Assembly (NCBI GenBank): GCA_963790475.1
Contig: CAWBOS010000012.1
Location: 1,056,001-1,120,000, forward strand
Length of the DNA stretch: 64,000 nt
Reading direction: 5' to 3'
Source: an uncultured delta proteobacterium
Lineage (GTDB): Bacteria; Desulfobacterota; RBG-13-43-22
The notes beneath the pieces were generated by a model. That model had not been told where the DNA came from, ran no database searches, and worked only from the letters and a program-made list of their open reading frames with translations. Of this stretch, positions 30,315 through 40,840 are shown piece by piece. The position numbers and the translations under genes were made by a program. The stretch's first letter is position 1. Every line of letters begins with the position of its first letter.

Positions 30315-31697
30315 ATGAATAAAGTAATTTATAAAGCCCTGAAAAAAATAGTCGGTCCGGAGCATATCACTGATCGTGACACCGACCGGCAAAGTTATGC
30401 CTATGATGCCACTCAGATTCAGGCCTGGCCCGATGGGGTGGTCTTTCCCGGAACAACGGAAGAAATCGCGGCCATAATGAGATTGGCCAACACCCATCAA
30501 TTTCCGGTTGTCCCCCGCGGGGCAGGATCGGGGATGAGCGGAGGGTCGGTTCCCATTCAGGGAGGGGTGGTTGTCGTGCTCCTGCGGATGAACCGGATCA
30601 GGAAGATCGACGTCAATAATTTCCTGGCCGTCGTTGAACCGGGTGTGATCACCCGCGATTTTCAGCAGGCTGTCGAAGCCGAGGGACTTTTCTATCCGCC
30701 TGATCCGTCCTCTTCTCATTTTTCAACCCTGGGTGGAAACCTGGCCGAATGCGCCGGGGGAGGAAGGGCGGTAAAGTACGGGGTGACCAGGGATTACGTG
30801 TTAGGTCTGGAGGTCGTTCTTCCAAACGGAGAGATATTAAAAACGGGGGTCCGGACGGCCAAAGGGGTGGTGGGTTATGATCTGACCCGTTTGATGGTCG
30901 GTTCCGAAGGAACCCTGGGAATCATCACCGAAATGGTTCTGAAATTGATCCCTTTGCCTGAGGCCCGGCAAACCATCCTGGCTTTTTTCGATCAGATGGT
31001 CCTGGCCGCCCGGTCCGTGGGGGAAATCTTCCGGGCCGGGATCCTCCCCTCCACTCTTGAATTTATGGATCATTCCTCGATTTCTTGTGTGGAGGACTAT
31101 CTCCACCTGGGTTTGCCCACCCAGGCTCAGGCCCTCTTGTTGATCGAAGTGGACGGCGACCGGGAGGCGGTGGCTCGGCAGGGAGGAACCATTCAACAAC
31201 TTTGCCGGCAGACAGGGGCTAATGGGGTAAAGCGGGCCGCCACCCCCCAAGAAGCGGATGAACTGTGGAAGGCCCGCAGGGCGATTTCACCGGCCCTTTT
31301 TCGTTTGCGGCCCCACAAGATCAATGAAGATATCGTTGTCCCCCGTGATAAGATCCCGGAGGTCATCGATCGTTTTGAAGGCATCGGCCGGCGTTTTGAA
31401 TTGTTGATCGTCAGTTTCGGCCACGCGGGAGATGGAAACATTCATGTCAATGTCATGTTTGACGGGAAAAAGCCGGAGGAAAAGAAAAGGGCCCAGGAGG
31501 CGGTGGCCGAGATATTTCAAACCGTCCTGGATTTAGGCGGTACCCTTTCGGGGGAACACGGCGTCGGATTGACCAAGGCCCCTTTCCTGTCCCTGGAGTT
31601 AGACCCGGTTTCCCTAACCCTGATGAAAAAGATCAAAGACCTCTTCGATCCCAACCATATCCTGAATCCGGGCAAAATATTTCCGATACATCCGTGA
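30315..31697 (+). CDS. glcD: FAD-linked oxidase, GlcD/D-lactate dehydrogenase family
   Basis: PRGAGSG, YPPDPSS, GSEGTLG, HAGDGNIH and SGEHGVG motifs. Confidence 0.85.
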   Translation: MNKVIYKALKKIVGPEHITDRDTDRQSYAYDATQIQAWPDGVVFPGTTEEIAAIMRLANTHQFPVVPRGAGSGMSGGSVPIQGGVVVVLLRMNRIRKIDVNNFLAVVEPGVITRDFQQAVEAEGLFYPPDPSSSHFSTLGGNLAECAGGGRAVKYGVTRDYVLGLEVVLPNGEILKTGVRTAKGVVGYDLTRLMVGSEGTLGIITEMVLKLIPLPEARQTILAFFDQMVLAARSVGEIFRAGILPSTLEFMDHSSISCVEDYLHLGLPTQAQALLLIEVDGDREAVARQGGTIQQLCRQTGANGVKRAATPQEADELWKARRAISPALFRLRPHKINEDIVVPRDKIPEVIDRFEGIGRRFELLIVSFGHAGDGNIHVNVMFDGKKPEEKKRAQEAVAEIFQTVLDLGGTLSGEHGVGLTKAPFLSLELDPVSLTLMKKIKDLFDPNHILNPGKIFPIHP

Positions 31698-31821
31698 GCC
31701 CAAACGCTCTTCACGATTTTCAGGGCAGTCCGAATGGAAGAACAGGACAGTGACTATATATTTTAGTAACTTAGGAATAAAATTCTACGCAAAATGGGCA
31801 GAAAATTTTTTAAAATACTTA

Positions 31822-32016
<195 letters not shown>

Positions 32017-32712
32017 AAGAGTTTCAAAAGGCTAAAGTGATTCAAAAAGTAACTTTTCCGGCTTGTCCGGGTTGGGAAAGACGGGATAGAAAATATTTGC
32101 TGTCCCTATTTTCCTCTGAGGATTTTTCGGAGAATACCGGTTTGCTCTACAGCTTCTTGATGATTGCGGCGGCTTTGTTGTGCTTCTTGAGATACTGAAG
32201 CCCAGCGTAGAGGCCGCTGCGATCTCCGCATCGCCCCGAAGCACGTCCAGCAAGCTTTCGTCATTGAACGGGAAGTCCTCGATAAAAAAAATGGCCGACG
32301 CTCCCAAGAGGTCGCTTATGGGATCACCAGCCGCCCCTCGGATCAAGCCAATCCCCAGTCCATCCTCAACACCAATCGCGGTCACTGGTGTATCGAAAAC
32401 AGCTGCCATTATATCCTTGATTGGAACTATGATGAGGACCGTTGCCGTATACGGACCGGCCACGGCCCAGAAAATATCTCCCGTCTCCGTCGTTTTGCTA
32501 TCGGTATCATTAAATCCAAGGAGCTCGCAGCGTCGCCCAGAAAATGCGTCAGCTTACTCGTAATCCCCGCTTGGTTTGCGATTATTTGCGCTTAACAAAA
32601 AACGCTTGCGCCCTTTCCCATTAATGATTATTTTGCTTAGAACAAATTTACCGTGTTCTAAAATTGAAGGGAGATTGATTTAATAATAAAAATCGGCTAT
32701 AATCTCCCCCTT

Positions 32713-33600
32713 ATGAAAACCAAGAATCCTTTTGAAACTTTGGGGATCACCCCGGCCATGGTTCGGGCTCTGGCCGGGAAGGAGCTTTTTCCCCTAGTCA
32801 AGGCTTCCTATCGGGCCCTAATGCTCATTTATCACCCGGATCGATCTCCATTACACGACCAGGAATTAAAAATTCAAAGGACTAAGAAAGTCGCTGAGAT
32901 CAACCTGGCTTTTGAAAAATTGGATCACGACCGCAACCCGGCTTCTCTCGAGCATTATCAACAGTTATATGCCCGTCGGGTCGGGGAAGGATGGAAAAAA
33001 ACCCTCCGCCAGTTAAATCGGGAGATTCTGGACCTCAATGCCGAGAATGAAAACCTCTCCGAGGGATACCTCCGTCATCTATTGGACCCCTGTTTCCCGG
33101 ACCAGTCGGGACCGGTCTCGGGCCTATCCAATATCTTCCACCTTAAAAATCGGATAGTGGGGTTACAGGACATAGCCATCAATCATAATGTTCGTTCTCT
33201 AACCTGGATGTTAGGGACCAACTATAAAGAAATCAAATTTGATTCCGAAGGGAAGATGTTTTATAAACTGCCTTGCCGAAAACGGAGTATCCCGGTTAAT
33301 TTTATTAAACTCCTGGGAACGGTGGATAAAGACAAAGTGGACTTGATTCCCTTGCTGGATCGGGTGATCCCCAAAGATCAAGAGGTTCAAGCGGAAAAAT
33401 GGAAGAAAGGCGCCCCTGAAAACCTTAAATGTTTTGATGTCCTGAACAGTATGTCGGCGGAGAAATTCCGCCGGCACTGCCTTCCATTTTTAAAGCCTGA
33501 TATGAGCGAAGGGTCCTTTCTGTTTTCCCTTCACCGGAATACCGCTCAGGAAAAACGGATCAACCTGGAAGGGCTCATTATCCGAAACCATCCCGCTTGA
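32713..33600 (+). CDS. J-domain (DnaJ-like) protein with unknown C-terminal domain
   Basis: NPFETLGI...VKASYRALMLIYHPD...EINLAFEKL. Confidence 0.75.
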   Translation: MKTKNPFETLGITPAMVRALAGKELFPLVKASYRALMLIYHPDRSPLHDQELKIQRTKKVAEINLAFEKLDHDRNPASLEHYQQLYARRVGEGWKKTLRQLNREILDLNAENENLSEGYLRHLLDPCFPDQSGPVSGLSNIFHLKNRIVGLQDIAINHNVRSLTWMLGTNYKEIKFDSEGKMFYKLPCRKRSIPVNFIKLLGTVDKDKVDLIPLLDRVIPKDQEVQAEKWKKGAPENLKCFDVLNSMSAEKFRRHCLPFLKPDMSEGSFLFSLHRNTAQEKRINLEGLIIRNHPA

Positions 33601-33730
33601 AGAGACCTTTGAATAACATTCCCTTTTGTCCAATCTCTTCGTCAGACTCAAATCTTAATTCCCGAAATACTAATTGACAAATATCCAACCGTAAGGAAGA
33701 AAGAAAAGGAAAAATTTTTCAGAGACATTT

Positions 33731-34696
33731 ATGGAACCCGCATACCTCAAGCTTTGGTATTCTGGAGAACTCAAGAAGAGGGCCGTGGCCGCAGGGGACC
33801 TTTTATCTTCCTGCTCCCTCTGCCCCCGGAGTTGCCAGGTGAACCGGCTGATAGGAGAAAAAGGTTTTTGCGGGCAAGGCCTGAAGGCTAAGGTGGCCCG
33901 GGCCTTGCCCCATTTCGGGGAGGAGCCCCCTCTTTCCGGCAGCCGGGGAGCCGGAACGGTCTTTTTTTCCGGTTGCGCCCTGCGATGCCTGTACTGTCAG
34001 AATTTTCAGATCAGCCAGGAAGGAATCGGGGAAGAACTGGTCCCGGAAGATCTGGCCGGCATCTTTTTGGATTTACAAACTCAAGGGTGTCATAATCTTG
34101 ATCTGGTTTCTCCCACACCCCATCTGCCTTTTATCCTTTCCGCCCTGGAGACAGCTATTTCTCAAGGATTTCGGTTGCCGATCGTTTATAACACCCATGG
34201 GTATCTTTCGGAGACTGCTTTAGACCTGCTGGAAGGGATCGTGGATATCTTTCTGCCGGACATGAAATATGGGGAGAAGGAGACGGCGGCCCGATTATCT
34301 CAGGTCGAAGATTATCCCTATTACAACCAGACCGCTATCAGACAGATGTTCCGGCAGGTCGGGTCATTAAAAATCGATGAACAAGGGATCGGCTGGCGCG
34401 GTCTTTTGGTCCGTCATTTAATTCTGCCTGAAAAAAATAAAAATAGTCTGGAGGTGATCAAAGTCCTGGCCTCTATTTCTACAGAGATCCCGATCAGTCT
34501 GATGGCCCAGTATCGGCCTTGCTTCAAAAGCGATGAGGTTTCTGAAATCAACCGGCCAATACACCCCGGAGAGTATGGCAAAGTGGTCACCTTTGCCGAA
34601 AACTTGGGTTTTGAAGAAATCCATGTACAGGATTTGGACAGCGCCGAAATATATAATCCGGATTTTTCCAGGAATAACCCCTTTACCAAGGAATAA
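33731..34696 (+). CDS. Radical SAM protein, PflX-like
   Basis: CSLCPRSC, HFGEEPPLSG, GCALRCLYCQN, PDMKY and VRHLILP motifs. Confidence 0.85.
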   Translation: MEPAYLKLWYSGELKKRAVAAGDLLSSCSLCPRSCQVNRLIGEKGFCGQGLKAKVARALPHFGEEPPLSGSRGAGTVFFSGCALRCLYCQNFQISQEGIGEELVPEDLAGIFLDLQTQGCHNLDLVSPTPHLPFILSALETAISQGFRLPIVYNTHGYLSETALDLLEGIVDIFLPDMKYGEKETAARLSQVEDYPYYNQTAIRQMFRQVGSLKIDEQGIGWRGLLVRHLILPEKNKNSLEVIKVLASISTEIPISLMAQYRPCFKSDEVSEINRPIHPGEYGKVVTFAENLGFEEIHVQDLDSAEIYNPDFSRNNPFTKE

Positions 34697-34719
34697 GAAA
34701 AATGGTATTCCTTTAGTTG

Positions 34720-35402
34720 ATTTAGAAACCCCCGCCCTAAGGGCGGGGTCATGTGGACTGGCTATGCCGGTCCCGAATGGGCTTGGCTGAAAGCCCACCC
34801 ACTGCTATTTTTTCCATCGAGTTGTTGCCGCAACATCGAAAGAAAGGAGATAGCAGTGAGTAGATTCCGAAAATTATCACATACCATATGGCATTGTCAG
34901 TATCATATTGTCTGGGTTCCGAAATATCGCTATCAGATATTGGCTGGGAACATCGGGGAAACGATGGCCAGCGGGATCCAAGCGATTTGCGGGTATGCGG
35001 GTTGTGAAGTTAACGAGTTGAATGTTCAAAAGGATCATATTCATCTGGTAGCCATGGTTCCGCCCGAAGTATCGATATCGGACTTGATGGGGCGGGTCAA
35101 GGGTCAGACATCGATGAAAATGTTTAACCAGTATCGGCAGTTGCGGAAGAAGCCGTATTGGGGTAATCATTTTTGGACCCCGGGGTATTGTGTGGATACC
35201 GTTGGAATGGATGAGGAACTGATCCGGAAGTATGTCCGGTATCAAGAGGAAAAAGAAAAACAGTTCGAACAATTGCACTTGAATTTGTAGATCATCCATA
35301 ACGCGGCACAACTCGGAAGCCCTGCCTCCTCAGGGGGCAGGGCCATTGCCCCCCTATGGGGGGCCCAGTTAAAGCCACGCCCTATGGGCGTGGATTATTT
35401 AC
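34720..35402 (+). mobile_element. IS200-like element (tnpA only, no tnpB); ends approximate
   Basis: Subterminal hairpins ccccgccctaagggcgggg (left) and ccacgccctatgggcgtgg (right) around a Y1 transposase. Confidence 0.8.
34856..35290 (+). CDS. tnpA: IS200/IS605-family HUH (Y1) transposase
   Basis: YHIVWVPKYR, DHIH, FWTPGY and IRKYVRYQE motifs; GTG start after AAGGAG. Confidence 0.93.
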   Translation: MSRFRKLSHTIWHCQYHIVWVPKYRYQILAGNIGETMASGIQAICGYAGCEVNELNVQKDHIHLVAMVPPEVSISDLMGRVKGQTSMKMFNQYRQLRKKPYWGNHFWTPGYCVDTVGMDEELIRKYVRYQEEKEKQFEQLHLNL

Positions 35403-35537
35403 TTTGCTGAAATTCAAAATGTTTTCTTAGATAATTTTTTTCATAAGTCTAAAGCATGACGATAATAGGTTGACAGGTGAAAAAAACCAGGTAAAATTAA
35501 CTAATAAGAACTTCCATTTCAACCCGTGAGGTGCACT

Positions 35538-35996
35538 ATGGTATCCATCAAAAAAATCGCTTTTTGTACCGATTTTTCGGAAAATGCGGACCAGGCCTTT
35601 GACATGGCCTTTGACCTGACCCAGAAATATCAGGCCCAGTTACTGCTGATTCATGTGGTTCCGCCCCTGGTCTTTCCATCTCCGGTAATGGAGGATTTTA
35701 TTTCTGAACAAGCCAGTCTGCAATTTTCAGAGGATGCCATTCAACGGGCCATGGAGCAGATTGATAAAAACTATATTGGAAAGATGGGTGATTACAAGAA
35801 TAGCTTGGTTCGGGTCCTTTCCGGACATCCGGCCAGTGAGATTTTAAATTTCGTGGATCAAGAAAATGTAGATCTGGTGGTCATGGGCACTCATGGATTT
35901 ACCGGACTGGCTCACTTCTTCCTGGGAAGCACCGCGGAAAAGGTAGTCCGCCGGGCCGACTGTTCGGTGTTGACCGTACACCAGTGTAAGAAATAA
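35538..35996 (+). CDS. Universal stress protein
   Basis: TDFSENA and VMGTHG...LGSTAEKVVR motifs. Confidence 0.9.
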   Translation: MVSIKKIAFCTDFSENADQAFDMAFDLTQKYQAQLLLIHVVPPLVFPSPVMEDFISEQASLQFSEDAIQRAMEQIDKNYIGKMGDYKNSLVRVLSGHPASEILNFVDQENVDLVVMGTHGFTGLAHFFLGSTAEKVVRRADCSVLTVHQCKK

Positions 35997-36086
35997 ATAA
36001 CGAACTGGAAAACCCTGGCAACCCGCCGGGCAGCGATAACCGGCAACCAACAATCTTTGAATCGTGGTACCTACGAAGAGAAAATA

Positions 36087-37958
36087 ATGGGTAGCCGAAC
36101 CTGGCCGGATGAATACCTGCAAAAACGTACTTCGCCTCAAGAGGCTATCCGGCGACTTCACTCAGGCCAAAGGGTATTTATCGGGACGGCTTGCGGAGAA
36201 CCGCAGTGTCTGGTCAAAGAACTTGCCGCTCAGTCCGGACGTTTTGCCGATCTGGAGATCATACAACTTTACAGTCAGGAAGTCTCCCCCCTGACCCTGA
36301 TCGCCGATCAAACCGAATCCAATTGTTTCACCCTTCGTTCCTTTTATCTGGGTTCAGCCAAACCCAGGATCCTGGCCAAGGATAAACGATTTCTATCCCC
36401 CATCAATCTGTCGGCCTTGCCCCGCCTGCTGAAGAGCCGTCAGCTTCCGATTCACGCGGCCTTGATCCAGGTTTCTCCCCCCGATGATTTCGGCTGGATG
36501 AGTCTGGGGATTTCCGTGGATGTGACCATGGCCGCGGCCCAGGGAGCCGATCTGGTGATCGCCCAGGTCAACCCTCGAATGCCGAGGGTTATGGGACGCA
36601 GCTTTATTCATGTCAATGAGGTGGATGTGCTCGTTGAATACGAAGAGGAGCTGTTGACCGTCAAGACGCCTCCGGAATTGGATTCGGCCTTCCAGATAGG
36701 ACGTCATGTGGCCCAACTGATCGATGACGGGTCCACCCTTCAAGTAGGTCTGGGAATAATTCCTCAGGCGATCCTGGAATCCCTGGATGAAAAAAAAGAC
36801 CTGGGTATCCATACCCCGGTTCTGACCGATGGGATCCTCTATCTGGTGGCCAAAGGGGCGATTACCAATCGGGCCAAAGGATTTAACGAGGGCAAGCTGG
36901 TGGCCAGCGGGGCCATTGGATCCCGCGATTTGTATGACTTTCTTGATGATAATCCCAGTATCGAATTTTTCCCTTCTGATTATGTCAATAATCCGGTTAA
37001 CATCTCCCGCCTTCACAAGATGGTGGCTTTGAATGTGGCCATGACCATCGATCTCACCGGTCAGGTCGGCGCCGACGCCCTTCCCTATACCCATTATTCG
37101 GGGGTTTCCGACATGATGGATTTTATCCGAGGGGCCGCCCAATCAGAAGACGGGAAATCCATCCTGATGCTGCCTTCAACCACCCTGGACGGGAAAAGCA
37201 GCCGCATTGTTTCCAGTCTGGAACGAATTGCGGTGGTGGTCCCCCGAGGGGATGCCCATTTTGTAGTCACCGAATTCGGGGTGGCCAATCTTTTTGGGAA
37301 AAACCTGCAGGAGCGGGCCCTGGCCTTGATTGGAATTGCCCACCCCGATTTCCGGGAATCCCTTTTTAGGGAAGCCAAAGCCCTGGGTCTTTTGGGAACA
37401 GAACGAAATCTGTCCCACTCGATCTGCGGTATATACCCTTATGAAACGGAAGAGATATTGGAGATTGACGGACACCCGGTTTTCTTTCGCCCGGCCAAAC
37501 CCGTTGATGAACGGTTGATTCAGGAACATTTTTACAATATGGACAAAGAGGATGTGGCCGCCCGATTTCTTCAGGAAAAGCTGATTTTTTCGCGTAAGGA
37601 ATTATCCGGTATGGTTCAGGTAGATTACCTCAATGAGATGGCCATGGTGGCGGTTATTGGAGAATTGGGGTTTGAAAGGGTAATCGGAGTTGGAGGATAT
37701 TTTCTGGTTCAAGCCCAAAATATAGTCGAGGCGGCCTTTTCAGTCCTTAAAACCTGGCAAAAAAAAGGGATCGGCACTGTTCTTTTAAAAAAGCTGGCCA
37801 AGGTGGCCCGGGATCAGGGCGTTGCCGGTTTCTTTGTCTACACCCAGCCCAAAAATCAGGGCATGATCAGGTTATTCCGAAAAATGCCCCATCCGGTGAC
37901 CGCGACCTATGAAGAAGACATGTTGTTGTTGACCTGCAGGCTTGACGAGACGCCTTGA
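36087..37958 (+). CDS. Acetyl-CoA hydrolase/transferase fused to a C-terminal GNAT domain
   Basis: LQVGLG, DLTGQV, DFIRGA and VVTEFG motifs; C-terminal WQKKGIG GNAT motif A. Confidence 0.85.
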   Translation: MGSRTWPDEYLQKRTSPQEAIRRLHSGQRVFIGTACGEPQCLVKELAAQSGRFADLEIIQLYSQEVSPLTLIADQTESNCFTLRSFYLGSAKPRILAKDKRFLSPINLSALPRLLKSRQLPIHAALIQVSPPDDFGWMSLGISVDVTMAAAQGADLVIAQVNPRMPRVMGRSFIHVNEVDVLVEYEEELLTVKTPPELDSAFQIGRHVAQLIDDGSTLQVGLGIIPQAILESLDEKKDLGIHTPVLTDGILYLVAKGAITNRAKGFNEGKLVASGAIGSRDLYDFLDDNPSIEFFPSDYVNNPVNISRLHKMVALNVAMTIDLTGQVGADALPYTHYSGVSDMMDFIRGAAQSEDGKSILMLPSTTLDGKSSRIVSSLERIAVVVPRGDAHFVVTEFGVANLFGKNLQERALALIGIAHPDFRESLFREAKALGLLGTERNLSHSICGIYPYETEEILEIDGHPVFFRPAKPVDERLIQEHFYNMDKEDVAARFLQEKLIFSRKELSGMVQVDYLNEMAMVAVIGELGFERVIGVGGYFLVQAQNIVEAAFSVLKTWQKKGIGTVLLKKLAKVARDQGVAGFFVYTQPKNQGMIRLFRKMPHPVTATYEEDMLLLTCRLDETP

Positions 37959-38005
37959 TAGAAAAAAACGAGAGCGGAAAAATCACTCAACCTATGGAGG
38001 GAGTG

Positions 38006-38557
38006 ATGGACAAGTATTTTTTAAATTATCAGGAAGCCGCCCTGGTATTCATTGACATCCAGGAAAAACTGGCGGCAGTGATGAAGCACAAGGAACAGGT
38101 GATCGGCAACTGTCTCCATCTGATCGAGCTGGCTAAGCTTTTAGAAATTCCCATACTCCTGACGGAACAGTACCCCAAGGGTTTGGGGAAAACTCTTCCG
38201 GAAATCCAGGAGGTTTTGCCGGAGTATGCCCCCTTCGAAAAAACGGACTTTAATTCCTGCCGGGAAGAGGGATTCCTGGAAAAAGTCGTTTCTATGGGCA
38301 GGGAAAAACTGATCCTTACCGGTATGGAAGCTCATGTATGTGTTTTACAGACCGCTTTGGGACTAATAAAAGAAGGTTATGCGGTTCATGTAGTCCAGGA
38401 TGCCGTCGTTTCCAGGTACAAAAAGAATTTCAAGGTAGGGATAGAACTTATGCGGTCTGCAGGGACGGTCATCACCAGCACGGAGACGGTCTTGTTTCAA
38501 CTCCTGGAGAGGTCCGGAACCGAGCCCTTTAAGATCATCTCCAAACGGATAAGATAA
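38006..38557 (+). CDS. Isochorismatase-family cysteine hydrolase
   Basis: IDIQEKL, TEQYPKGLG and GMEAHVCVLQT motifs. Confidence 0.9.
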   Translation: MDKYFLNYQEAALVFIDIQEKLAAVMKHKEQVIGNCLHLIELAKLLEIPILLTEQYPKGLGKTLPEIQEVLPEYAPFEKTDFNSCREEGFLEKVVSMGREKLILTGMEAHVCVLQTALGLIKEGYAVHVVQDAVVSRYKKNFKVGIELMRSAGTVITSTETVLFQLLERSGTEPFKIISKRIR

Positions 38558-38576
38558 AAAAGATTTTCCTCCTCTC

Positions 38577-38719
38577 CTAGGGTAGTGTTTCTATGTTTCC
38601 TTTACAATGTCCCTATCCCGTCATTCCCGCGAAAGCGGGAATCCAGGGTTGAAAGACTGGATTCCGGATCAAGTCCGGAATGACAAGACTGTAAAGTGAT
38701 TACGGATACACTACACTAG
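38577..38719. repeat. REP-like element inside ctag-bounded inverted ends
   Basis: ctagggtagtgtttc ... gtcattcccgcgaaagcgggaatccag...ctggattccggatcaagtccggaatgac ... gatacactacactag. Confidence 0.8.
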
Positions 38720-38757
38720 GTGGTTTTCAAAATAAGAGGATCAGGAAACCCTTCTTT

Positions 38758-39390
38758 TTAAGGTATTCCAATTATCTTGTGCACCTGCAGGCTGAGCCGC
38801 CACCTGGGGTGTTCAAGGCAATACCGGATGGTTTGTTGGGTATTCTGTTGAATATCCGGTCCATCCTTGGGCTGCAAAAAGAAAAATCTGAAATCAAGCG
38901 ATTCAAAAATCTCCGGTTCGAGGCCTTCCTGCGGAAACACCAGTTTTAATTCATCCCCCGATTGAAGTTTTAGTTCAGCTCCGGCCTTGGGGCTGACGCA
39001 GATCCAGTCAATCCCGGAAGGCGGGAGAAGGGTACCGTTGGTTTCCAGGGCAACTTCAAAGCCGAGATGGTGAAAGGCGGAGACCAAGGGTCCATCCATT
39101 TGAAGCAATGGCTCCCCACCCGTGCAGACGATCAAGGGGGTTGATTCGATTACCGGAAAGGTATCTTTCACCACCTGGGCCAGATCCACCGGGCTAAGGA
39201 ATTTTCCCCCTCGGGGCCCATTGGTTCCCAAAAAATCGGTATCGCAAAATTTACAGACCGACTTGGGCCGATCCTCTTCCCTGCCCGACCAGAGATTACA
39301 ACCGGAAAAGCGGCAAAAGACCGCCGGACGTCCGGACTGGGCCCCTTCTCCCTGGAGGGTGTAAAAAATTTCTTTAACCTTATAACTCAT
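38758..39390 (-). CDS. queE: 7-carboxy-7-deazaguanine synthase
   Basis: [10 protein letters not shown]; [22 protein letters not shown] atypical CX14CX2C motif; adjacent to queC. Confidence 0.93.
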   Translation of the reverse strand: MSYKVKEIFYTLQGEGAQSGRPAVFCRFSGCNLWSGREEDRPKSVCKFCDTDFLGTNGPRGGKFLSPVDLAQVVKDTFPVIESTPLIVCTGGEPLLQMDGPLVSAFHHLGFEVALETNGTLLPPSGIDWICVSPKAGAELKLQSGDELKLVFPQEGLEPEIFESLDFRFFFLQPKDGPDIQQNTQQTIRYCLEHPRWRLSLQVHKIIGIP

Positions 39391-40075
39391 AGGAGGCCGG
39401 GTCCTTGATCCCCGCTTCGGCGAATCCCTTAAGTCTCAGCAGGCAGGCGTCACACTTCCCGCAGGCCTTCCCGTTCGGGGACGGGTCATAACAGGTGCTG
39501 GTCAGGCTGAAATCAATCCCCAGATCCAAACCCTTGTTTATGATCTGGGCCTTATTCAGATCAATCAGGGGCGTATGAATTTTAAATCTAATTCCCTCTA
39601 CCCCGGACTTGGTCCCCAGGTTGGCCGTTTGCTCAAACGATTGAATAAACTCCGGCCGGCAATCGGGATAGCCGCTGTAATCCAGGGCGTTAACGCCGAT
39701 AAAAATATCCCCGGTCCCTAAGACCTCAGCCCAAGCCAGGGCCAGGGATAGAAAAATGGTATTGCGGGCTGGAACATAAGTAATCGGGATATCCCTCGAT
39801 ATTTGTTGCAGGCCACGGTCCTTGGGGACATCGATTTCCGCGGTCAAGGCCGAACCGCCAAAAGAGCTTAGGGCCAAATCAAAAATCTTGTGCTGGGTGA
39901 CCTGAAAATGAATAGCGATCCGCCGGGCGGCTTCGATTTCCACCTGATGGCGTTGGCCATAACGAAAGGTTAGGGCATACAGGTCATACCCCTGACTTTT
40001 GGCTACGGCCAGAGTGGTAGTGGAATCCAGGCCCCCGCTCAGCAGGACCACAGCTTTTGGTTTTTGTGTGTCCAT
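39380..40075 (-). CDS. queC: 7-cyano-7-deazaguanine synthase
   Basis: [20 protein letters not shown] and CGKCDAC motifs. Confidence 0.95.
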   Translation of the reverse strand: MDTQKPKAVVLLSGGLDSTTTLAVAKSQGYDLYALTFRYGQRHQVEIEAARRIAIHFQVTQHKIFDLALSSFGGSALTAEIDVPKDRGLQQISRDIPITYVPARNTIFLSLALAWAEVLGTGDIFIGVNALDYSGYPDCRPEFIQSFEQTANLGTKSGVEGIRFKIHTPLIDLNKAQIINKGLDLGIDFSLTSTCYDPSPNGKACGKCDACLLRLKGFAEAGIKDPASYEL

Positions 40076-40169
40076 CAGTCATAGTCTACCCATGTCGGGT
40101 TAAAAATGCAAGAAGGCCTCGTTGTGATTTGTATCTGCCTTTGACGGGCCGACGTGGCATAGAAGGATG

Positions 40170-40301
40170 TCTTCCCGAAGATATTGGAGATCAGAGCCGA
40201 TCTCCCGCGGAACCCTTGTCGGAAAAATCGACAAAAAGGTATTGAGAAAAGAGACCGGCGAAAGATTGAACAGGAAATTACCGGAGGGGCCACCTGACTA
40301 A
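40170..40301 (+). pseudogene. Remnant of an acyl-CoA synthetase C-terminus
   Basis: PKILEIRADLPR then, after one frameshift, TLVGKIDKKVLRKE (A10 motif). Confidence 0.55.
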
Positions 40302-40324
40302 CAAAGTTAAAGGGATAAAAAAAG

Positions 40325-40516
40325 TCATTCGCCCGGTTTCTGAGGCACGGTAAAAAAAGAGAACAGGAATTCGCCGTCCTTGGGAGAGAGGTTGAACCTT
40401 TTCCCGGCTTCGTCAATCAGTTCGGCCAGAGGCGGCCTGGGAGCCAATTCTCGCTGTTCGCTGATCCAGCGAACGGCCTTTCGCAGCAATTCCCCTTCAG
40501 GTAACGGGACAGTCAT
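40325..40516 (-). CDS. Small hypothetical protein
   Basis: AAGGAG RBS; PEGELLRKAVRWIS...LIDEAGKRFNLSPKDGEFL pattern I recall from deltaproteobacterial small proteins. Confidence 0.65.
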   Translation of the reverse strand: MTVPLPEGELLRKAVRWISEQRELAPRPPLAELIDEAGKRFNLSPKDGEFLFSFFTVPQKPGE

Positions 40517-40840
40517 AAAATTTCTCCTTTTTGGCAATATTGCTTTTGTTGATTGACCTCTCAGCCAACAATTATTTCACTATATCACAGATAAAAGGGT
40601 TCAAAAAGGAAAAGTTTGAGAAAGGGATGGTGACCGCTTCTGGGGGACCACCGCATTGTCTAAAAAGGTCCAAAAATCCTCAAAACCACCTCTTAGTTGA
40701 TGGCATCAAGAGGAGTATAGAGAAGTTGAAGAAAGGTTAGTGACAAAGAAGAGGGAAAATGGGTAAAATACCTTCCACGCCTCTTGAACAAGTTTCACCC
40801 TAAACAAAGTAAGAACAGACCCTCACGGGGAGGTGAGGAG

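Noticed and set aside
32200-32560. ORF resembling IS-associated hypothetical sequence (AAVFDTPV...)
   Set aside because: Possibly an IS remnant, but I could not identify terminal repeats or a catalytic motif
34720-35402. Possible TnpB/omega-RNA system at the IS200 element
   Set aside because: Only tnpA lies between the end hairpins; there is no room for tnpB
40076-40320. preQ1 riboswitch upstream of queC
   Set aside because: No recognisable preQ1 aptamer; the region is better explained by a ligase remnant
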